A stretch of 4,290 bases of DNA from a virus (taxonomy: Duplodnaviria > Heunggongvirae > Uroviricota > Caudoviricetes), in the IMG/VR virus record IMGVR_UViG_2740892230_000030, positions 1-4,290 of that record. One strand, written 5' to 3'. The notes below the pieces were generated by a model that was given only the letters and a program-made list of their open reading frames with translations, was not told the origin of the DNA and did no database searches. Positions 1 to 4,290 of the stretch are shown piece after piece. Position 1 is the stretch's first letter. The number at the start of each line of letters is the position of its first letter. A program made the position numbers and the translations under genes.

Positions 1-333
1 AGGCAGATAGCCTCAAGCACCCGCAGCAATTCTAACTATCCAATAGATCAATGCCAACTTCTTTTCCTGCAACATCTCTCATCATAAGTGACCCAAATTC
101 ATCCAATCAGCACAAAAGAAACATTTAAAGCGTGAATGCTACCGAACGTTCATTTCAATTACATCGTTTTGATTTTTAACAGTTTTCACCTCAACAAATC
201 AAATGGCATTAGCATTCATCATGGAAGAAAGACTGATAAAAATGATCATTTTCAATGACTTATGATCACACCGGGTATTGCCAAGTCATTCCTTTTACGC
301 CAGGATACCCACAAGTGAGTAGTCGAGGAGAGT

Positions 334-362
334 TTGCCAATTTTTGCGATATAAATTTCAAT
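334..362 (+). promoter_or_regulatory. Putative sigma70-like promoter for the 410..1507 CDS (TTGCCA at 334-339, 17-nt spacer, TTCAAT at 357-362)
   Basis: Read directly: -35-like hexamer with one mismatch to TTGACA, 17-nt spacer, -10-like hexamer matching TATAAT at 4 of 6 positions, about 50 nt upstream of the ATG. Weak -10; a guess only. Confidence 0.2.
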
Positions 363-409
363 GTCCGAAGAACCATTAATTGTTAATTGATTCTGTATAA
401 GGTATTAAC

Positions 410-1507
410 ATGACAATTTCATATATTCCTATTCTGAAAGCGAAACGTTCTGAGTTATCAGCTTTATCGCAGCTATCCATTGAAAAGAAATCAAAAATTT
501 TGCCATTACTCGAAATTGAACCAGTGCCAATTGACCCTGATTCAGGTATTGCCTTAAAGAGTTATAACGAGACTCTTATAGAGTTCGGAAAGAAAGTCTC
601 AAAATCTTGCTCAGATATGCAAGGTGTTTATATTGATGGATTATTAATTGAAGAGCATTTTATTTCTCCTGAAGATCATTACCCTATAATAAATGCGGTT
701 AATCAAGTTAGAGATATGGGGATAAGAGTTATTCCTGTCAGTTCACCAACTCGCCCATCTAACTATAAAAGAGCGATTGATGAATTAATGCAGAATGAAA
801 TATGCTTGAGATTAACCACGTTAGATCTGGTTAACCCACAATTAATAACGCATTACATTAATCATCTGGGAATTCCTTTATCAAATATTGATATAATTAT
901 TGACTTAAGAGATGAGTTAACCGAGGATAAAATTAATTCCGGCGAACTATATACTTTGGCAATGGGATTGATAAACAATCTGGCGCACCTCAATGAATAC
1001 AGAAAAGTGATTCTTTCTGGGGGTTCATTTCCTACAGATCTCAGTGATATTTCTGTTGGTCTATATTCTCAACCTCGAATCGAGTGGATTTTATGGCAGA
1101 GTTTAATGAATAGAAAAGAACTTGCCAGAAATGTGATTTATAGTGATTATGGAGTACAGCACCCCGACTTTAATAGGCTTTCGACGCGATTCCCTAGCGT
1201 ATCTGCCAGCGTCAGATACTCTGGAGATAATGACTTTTGGGTATTTCGAGGAAGAGTAGCTAATCGCTTTGGTTATGAACAATATGGTAAACATAGTGAG
1301 GATATTCTTGCTCATCGAGAATATTCAGGGCCTACATTCTGTGCGGGAGATAGAGACATAGAATATTATGCAAACGAGTATCAAGCCTACAAAGCCAATC
1401 CCTCTGGTAACTATAAATTTGGTAGCCCAGAGGTATGGCGTAGGATTGGGCAAAACCATCACATAACTAAGGTTGTTGAGCAACTCGCCACTCTTTACGG
1501 GCTTTAA
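410..1507 (+). CDS. 365-aa protein, putative 'beta protein' / sce7725-like family member (assignment from memory, unverified)
   Basis: Track ORF of 365 aa. ATG at 410 is preceded by AAGG (399-402) with a 7-nt spacer. The AT-rich composition is uniform across the ORF and no competing long ORF exists. The N-terminal motif YIPILKAKRSELSAL matches what I recall as the conserved N-terminus of the 'beta protein' family. High confidence that it is coding, low confidence in the family name. Confidence 0.8.
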   Translation: MTISYIPILKAKRSELSALSQLSIEKKSKILPLLEIEPVPIDPDSGIALKSYNETLIEFGKKVSKSCSDMQGVYIDGLLIEEHFISPEDHYPIINAVNQVRDMGIRVIPVSSPTRPSNYKRAIDELMQNEICLRLTTLDLVNPQLITHYINHLGIPLSNIDIIIDLRDELTEDKINSGELYTLAMGLINNLAHLNEYRKVILSGGSFPTDLSDISVGLYSQPRIEWILWQSLMNRKELARNVIYSDYGVQHPDFNRLSTRFPSVSASVRYSGDNDFWVFRGRVANRFGYEQYGKHSEDILAHREYSGPTFCAGDRDIEYYANEYQAYKANPSGNYKFGSPEVWRRIGQNHHITKVVEQLATLYGL

Positions 1508-2045
1508 GTTTAACTCGAACAGCTTCACGAAGCTCGCCAACATCCATACTATTGGCGAGTTTTGACCATAAGACGCGTTTAGGTTTATTTTTCAAATTCT
1601 GTAGCTCCCCTACATCACTTAATAGGGAAAGCAATTCATCTTTCCAAAGAAGCATTGTTAAGGAAAGTTTGTCCACTTGTGGATTCAACTTGCTAGTTCG
1701 AATTGTTTTTAAATGGATACCTTGCCGTGCACCTTGCGTAACTTGCTTTATCCCCCACCATGATGGAACTATGCTTAAAGCATCATAAAGATGGCAATCA
1801 GAGACAACCAAAGTTACTTTATCCATCACTGATGAGTAATGTTGCACCTGCGCTGGTAATCTGAGCAAGTTATCACTCTTGCTCTTCAACTCATAACCAT
1901 GTATAAGCCCATTGATCACTGCTATATCAGCTCTGCTAGCCCCTAGATTCATCGTAAACTCATCAATGATTAGGGTGTCAGGATCTTTATGATGATCTCT
2001 CAGAATCTTGGCATGCACAGCCTTTCTTACATCAATGTCTCTCAT
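1467..2045 (-). CDS. 192-aa PD-(D/E)xK-type nuclease-fold protein, possible sce7726-like partner of the upstream gene
   Basis: Track ORF of 192 aa. The N-terminal half contains the ordered motif set LIIDEF ... RADIAVI ... GYELKS, i.e. E, then D in a hydrophobic strand, then E-x-K, which is the canonical PD-(D/E)xK nuclease core. The Shine-Dalgarno is weak. It is convergent with the 410..1507 CDS and overlaps its 3' end by 41 nt. Confidence 0.75.
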   Translation of the reverse strand: MRDIDVRKAVHAKILRDHHKDPDTLIIDEFTMNLGASRADIAVINGLIHGYELKSKSDNLLRLPAQVQHYSSVMDKVTLVVSDCHLYDALSIVPSWWGIKQVTQGARQGIHLKTIRTSKLNPQVDKLSLTMLLWKDELLSLLSDVGELQNLKNKPKRVLWSKLANSMDVGELREAVRVKLKARKEWRVAQQP

Positions 2046-2077
2046 ACCATAGTTGCGCTTTCATCGACTCTCTCAAG

Positions 2078-2096
2078 CCATGATTCTATATCATGG
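2078..2096. promoter_or_regulatory. Perfect 7-5-7 inverted repeat (CCATGAT-tctat-ATCATGG), candidate operator upstream of the nuclease-like gene
   Basis: Read directly from the sequence. It lies 33-51 nt upstream of the ATG at 2045 on the minus strand, in the likely promoter region. Function is inferred from position only. Confidence 0.25.
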
Positions 2097-2222
2097 TTCG
2101 CATGAATGCCATTTGATATGACCAGTGGTTAAACATTGCACAGAAAAGTGGATGTGTATTTTAACAAAAGCAATGACGGCTAACCATGTTGGTATGTCGA
2201 TAAAATGTTTCAACGTAAGCAT
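2091..2222 (-). CDS. Possible 43-aa hydrophobic small protein (MLTLKHFIDIPTWLAVIAFVKIHIHF...)
   Basis: Internal ATG (2222..2220) of the 78-aa track ORF, immediately downstream of repeat copy 1. One hydrophobic stretch could be a single transmembrane helix. No strong ribosome-binding site. Speculative. Confidence 0.2.
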   Translation of the reverse strand: MLTLKHFIDIPTWLAVIAFVKIHIHFSVQCLTTGHIKWHSCEP

Positions 2223-2230
2223 TATCTGTT

Positions 2231-2303
2231 CCGCCCTTTCAGACGGTCTCCTGATGTTCTGAGGGTGCAGAATCCCTCCGGTTAAGGATTTAATAAAAAT
2301 CGT
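2231..2303. repeat. Direct repeat, copy 1 of a ~74-bp element (CCGCCCTTTC..GGTTAAGGATTTAATAAAAATCGT)
   Basis: Aligns to 2593..2666 with 3 differences (two substitutions and one 1-nt indel). It abuts the N-run at 2304-2313. Confidence 0.85.
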
Positions 2304-2313
2304 NNNNNNNNNN
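2304..2313. other. Run of 10 N (unresolved sequence)
   Basis: Literal N characters, located at the junction of a repeat and a paralogous gene. Confidence 1.
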
Positions 2314-2585
2314 GCAACCAGACACAAACCGGGCCATCTTCCGTATCATGAATGGAACCAATAAACCAGCCATCGCCCTCTGGTCGTTCCGGTTCCCATG
2401 CAGAAATANNNNNNNNNNTCCTCTTCGTCTTTTATTTCGTGGTATGAGTAATTGCAGTAGTTAAAGAAAATATCTTTAGCTTCATCCTGTATTTCATCTG
2501 GTGTTGCATCATCATCCACTTCGAATTCATCCTCGAAATCTCCACCGGCTATTCCCGTTTCAATAATTATTTTGAATTTTCGCAT
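2314..2585 (-). CDS. Very acidic small protein, paralog 1; interrupted by two N-runs, true length and frame unresolved
   Basis: ATG at 2585 opens a 55-codon highly acidic N-terminus (MRKFKIIIETGIAGGDFEDEFEVDDDATPDEIQDE...). Beyond the N-run at 2409-2418, the segment 2314-2408 encodes ISAWEPERPEGDGWFIGSIHDTEDGPVCVWL, near-identical to the C-terminus of the 2714..3025 protein. The two parts are out of phase across a 10-nt gap, so the N-run length is not real or the gene is disrupted. Confidence 0.5.
2409..2418. other. Run of 10 N (unresolved sequence)
   Basis: Literal N characters inside the acidic paralog 1 gene. Confidence 1.
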
Positions 2586-2592
2586 TTCACTA

Positions 2593-2666
2593 CCGCCCTT
2601 TCGGACGGCCTCCTGATGTTCTGAGGGTGCAGGAATCCCTCCGGTTAAGGATTTAATAAAAATCGT
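2593..2666. repeat. Direct repeat, copy 2 of the ~74-bp element
   Basis: Aligns to 2231..2303. It lies between the stop of the 2714..3025 CDS and the ATG at 2585. Confidence 0.85.
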
Positions 2667-2713
2667 TTCTGATTTAAATCTTCAGTATTTAGTTGTTAGT
2701 CGGTTTATAGCCT

Positions 2714-3025
2714 TTATGCTTCGGCCTTATTTCTCAGCCATACACAAACCGGGCCATCTTCGGTGTCATGTATTGAACCAATAAACCATCCATTGCCCTC
2801 TGGTCGTTCCGGTTCCCATGCAGAAATATCAGCATCACACGCATCAAGGTCAGCACATCCTTCATCTCTGAAGCAGAGGACGTATTGAAGATTATTTTCC
2901 TCCATCCAGGCGTTAAACTCTTCCGTTGAAATATATTCCCGACCGTCACAGAATTTTTCATATTCAGGATGCGTCCAGTAGCCATATTCATCACGTACTA
3001 CTGGTATTTCTTTAATTTCATTCAT
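2714..3025 (-). CDS. 103-aa very acidic small protein, paralog 2; function unknown, DNA-mimic or anti-defence role is speculation
   Basis: Track ORF of 103 aa with no N-run. By hand count about one residue in four is D or E and fewer than one in ten is K or R. The ATG overlaps the stop of the upstream 3018..3272 CDS (ATGAATGA), implying translational coupling. The C-terminal ~31 aa are shared with paralog 1. Confidence 0.7.
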   Translation of the reverse strand: MNEIKEIPVVRDEYGYWTHPEYEKFCDGREYISTEEFNAWMEENNLQYVLCFRDEGCADLDACDADISAWEPERPEGNGWFIGSIHDTEDGPVCVWLRNKAEA

Positions 3026-3272
3026 TTCTGTTCTCCCACGTTTTCAGACTTTCACCACAGAACGGACAAAATGAAACCCGAACTGGTAATTTAGAAAATT
3101 CACCGGAACGCAACATCACAAAATCAGGACCGCGAGTTAAACTCTCATTCCAGATTTTGTATATCAGCAGACCTTTTCGCATCGTGTATTCAGCATCATG
3201 CTCAAGGGATTTTGCCAGGGTCGTACACGGTTCTATCTTGTTGCCATAAACCTGGCATTTTGATTTACCCAC
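3018..3272 (-). CDS. 84-aa small Cys-containing protein (Cys pairs C-x9-C and C-x2-C); possible zinc-ribbon-like protein
   Basis: Track ORF of 84 aa with a GTG start preceded by AGGAGG at about 7 nt. The start overlaps the stop of the methyltransferase-like CDS (GTGGGTAA). The first 21 aa (MGKSKCQVYGNKIEPCTTLAK) are duplicated at 3784..3846. Confidence 0.6.
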   Translation of the reverse strand: MGKSKCQVYGNKIEPCTTLAKSLEHDAEYTMRKGLLIYKIWNESLTRGPDFVMLRSGEFSKLPVRVSFCPFCGESLKTWENRNE

Positions 3273-3753
3273 TGGTCGCCTCCTTCACAAAAATAATCCA
3301 ATGTGTTTTATCGTTCTTACCGGTGCGCTGGCTGATGATTGGTTTCGCGTCGGTTAGTGCCAATATCTGGCGGACAGATATTTGCGTTTCATTCCATTTA
3401 AAAATCAGAACGCCATGTGGCCACAACACACGAAAAGCTTCTTTAAATCCCTGCCGCAAATCATCACGCCAGGTATCTTTATTCAACCGTCCATATTTCT
3501 TTCCCATCCAGGCTTTATCACCAACACACTCAAGATGCGGAGGGTCGAATACAACAACCGGAAACGATGCGTCTGCAAATGGTAATGCTCGAAAATCTGC
3601 TATCAGGTCAGGACTGATAATCAGGCGTCGTCCATCACACAATGTGTGCTCTTCTTTTCTGATATCGCTAAATATCGCCCGGTCGTCATTCTTATCGAAC
3701 CAGAACATACGGCTGCCACAGCACATATCAAGAATGGTTGCCGGTGCACTCAC
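3265..3753 (-). CDS. Small (~162 aa) SAM-dependent methyltransferase-like protein, amino-methyltransferase type, with no visible restriction partner
   Basis: Motifs in Rossmann-methyltransferase order: ILDMCCGS (motif I-like), AIFSDIR (acidic motif II-like), VVVFDPPH (motif IV, DPPY-like). The likely start is GTG at 3753, preceded by AGGAGG with a 7-nt spacer. The 193-aa track ORF 3265..3846 fuses this gene to an upstream small ORF across an N-run and should not be taken literally. Confidence 0.7.
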   Translation of the reverse strand: MSAPATILDMCCGSRMFWFDKNDDRAIFSDIRKEEHTLCDGRRLIISPDLIADFRALPFADASFPVVVFDPPHLECVGDKAWMGKKYGRLNKDTWRDDLRQGFKEAFRVLWPHGVLIFKWNETQISVRQILALTDAKPIISQRTGKNDKTHWIIFVKEATSG

Positions 3754-3773
3754 TGCGCTACCTCCTGAAAATT

Positions 3774-3783
3774 NNNNNNNNNN
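3774..3783. other. Run of 10 N (unresolved sequence)
   Basis: Literal N characters between the small-ORF paralog and the methyltransferase-like gene start. Confidence 1.
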
Positions 3784-3846
3784 CTTTGCCAGTGCTGCAC
3801 ATGGTTCTATCTTGTTGCCATTAACCTGGCATTTTGATTCACTCAC
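3784..3846 (-). CDS. 5' fragment (21 codons) of a paralog of the 84-aa Cys-containing protein; 3' part lost in the N-run
   Basis: GTG start at 3846 overlaps the stop of the upstream 55-codon-unit gene. The encoded MSESKCQVNGNKIEPCAALAK matches the N-terminus of the 3018..3272 protein at 17 of 21 positions. Confidence 0.45.
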
Positions 3847-4031
3847 CGCACCACCTCCTCAAAATTCCCCTGATAAAACGCCAGTACGCGCTGCATAACT
3901 TCGCTCTTCCGGCACTCGAGACAGATTATGTTCAGACGCCTGTCGTAGCGGCGTATTTCGCCATCTGGTAATGACCAGATAAGGTCCGGATCAACCGCAG
4001 ATGGTTTCTTCAGCTTTGCCCTTGAGAGTTT
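3843..4031 (-). CDS. Small protein, repeat unit B (…KLSRAKLKKPSAVDPDLIWSLPDGEIRRYDRRLNIICLECRKSEVMQRVLAFYQGNFEEVVR*); 5' end lies in the N-run
   Basis: My own translation of the minus strand from 4031 gives 62 codons then TGA at 3845..3843. No start codon is visible because the 5' end abuts the N-run at 4032-4041. Function unknown. Confidence 0.45.
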   Translation of the reverse strand, partial: KLSRAKLKKPSAVDPDLIWSLPDGEIRRYDRRLNIICLECRKSEVMQRVLAFYQGNFEEVVR

Positions 4032-4041
4032 NNNNNNNNNN
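4032..4041. other. Run of 10 N (unresolved sequence)
   Basis: Literal N characters exactly at the junction of the two 165-bp tandem units. Confidence 1.
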
Positions 4042-4206
4042 ACCCTGATAAAACGACAATATGCGCTGCATAACTTCGCTCTTCCGGCACTCGCGACAGA
4101 TTATGTTCTGACGCCTGTCGTAGCGACGTATTTCTCCGTCAGGTAATAGCCAGATAAGGTCCGGATCAACCACAGATGGTTTCTTCAGCTTTGCCCTTGA
4201 GAGTTT
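4042..4206 (-). CDS. Repeat unit A coding segment (KLSRAKLKKPSVVDPDLIWLLPDGEIRRYDRRQNIICRECRKSEVMQRILSFYQG), bounded on both sides by N-runs
   Basis: Open frame of 55 codons, paralogous to unit B. Start and stop are not visible. Confidence 0.4.
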
Positions 4207-4216
4207 NNNNNNNNNN
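4207..4216. other. Run of 10 N (unresolved sequence)
   Basis: Literal N characters upstream of repeat unit A. Confidence 1.
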
Positions 4217-4290
4217 TTTACGAGCCTGTTCAGACGGGAATAACCCGTAGCCAGAATTGTATACATCGCCACTGGCAACCAGCTCTCTGG
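4217..4290 (-). CDS. Possible 3' portion of a minus-strand gene that begins beyond the window edge (…PESWLPVAMYTILATGYSRLNRLV…)
   Basis: The frame is open from the window edge to the N-run. The track ORF starts at TTG 4278, but the frame is also open upstream of it. Identity unknown. Confidence 0.25.

Larger units (their letters stand above)
3867..4206. repeat. Tandem direct repeat, 2 x 165 bp (3867..4031 and 4042..4206), separated by a 10-N run
   Basis: The units align end to end with about a dozen substitutions by hand alignment. Each unit is exactly 55 codons in the same reading frame. Confidence 0.85.

Noticed and set aside
203-265. 20-codon ORF (MALAFIMEERLIKMIIFNDL) in the upstream leader
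   Set aside because: No ribosome-binding site and too short to support. It may be a chance ORF in AT-rich DNA.
1460-1515. Rho-independent terminator between the convergent genes
   Set aside because: The genes overlap, and I found no GC-rich hairpin followed by a T-tract in this segment.
1103-1543. Minus-strand ORFs of 70 and 72 aa (1103..1315, 1325..1543)
   Set aside because: They are antisense within the 365-aa gene, with hydrophobic or low-complexity translations typical of AT-rich shadow frames.
1552-1788. 78-aa plus-strand ORF
   Set aside because: It is antisense within the nuclease-like gene and is not needed to explain the region.
2091-2327. 78-aa track ORF
   Set aside because: Its 5' part reads through the N-run and the 74-bp repeat. 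Only the internal 43-codon ORF (2091..2222) is kept, at low confidence.
2593-2666. The 74-bp repeat as an intrinsic terminator
   Set aside because: Only short 5-bp stems such as GAGGG/CCCUC could be drawn by hand, with no trailing U-tract. Terminator function is not supported without computation.
2734-2994. 86-aa minus-strand ORF
   Set aside because: It is an alternative frame entirely inside the 103-aa acidic-protein gene. The 103-aa frame has the coupled start and the conserved paralogous C-terminus.
3382-3585. 67-aa plus-strand ORF
   Set aside because: It is antisense within the methyltransferase-like gene and has no independent support.
3265-3846. 193-aa track ORF read as one protein
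   Set aside because: It is a fusion across the N-run at 3774-3783 of a 21-codon small-gene start and the methyltransferase-like gene, which has its own AGGAGG plus GTG start at 3753. I split it into two features.
3212-3898. 228-aa plus-strand track ORF
   Set aside because: It runs antisense across the methyltransferase-like gene and the small-gene start, crosses an N-run, has a low-complexity S/R/P-rich translation and no ribosome-binding site. It is most likely a shadow ORF of the minus-strand genes.
2231-4206. CRISPR array
   Set aside because: The repeats are 74-165 bp, occur only twice each, are not regularly spaced with unique spacers, and mostly overlap coding sequence. This does not fit CRISPR architecture.
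3991-4278. 95-aa track ORF read as one protein
   Set aside because: It concatenates an upstream gene tail, repeat unit A and an out-of-frame part of unit B across two N-runs. The frame in unit B is shifted relative to the homologous frame of unit A.

Overview
This 4,290-bp window has two visibly different halves. The left half (1 to ~2200) is AT-rich and carries a convergent gene pair whose 3' ends overlap by 41 nt: a 365-aa protein (410..1507, +) and a 192-aa protein (1467..2045, -) with a readable PD-(D/E)xK nuclease-type motif set. I read this pair as the best candidate for a new two-gene defence or abortive-infection-like module. The N-terminus of the 365-aa protein (YIPILKAKRSELSAL) resembles, from memory only, the 'beta protein' / sce7725-like family, which I recall pairing with an sce7726-like partner; this is unverified. 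The right half (~2200 to 4290) is more GC-balanced and holds a dense minus-strand array of small genes with overlapping start/stop codons: two very acidic paralogous proteins, a small Cys-containing protein, a small SAM-methyltransferase-like protein with no visible restriction partner, and a tandemly duplicated 55-codon unit. This array is punctuated by direct repeats and by five runs of exactly 10 N that sit at repeat junctions and break reading frames, so several track ORFs containing XXXX are artefactual fusions. I see no rRNA, tRNA or CRISPR array. All family assignments come from motif reading; no search was run.
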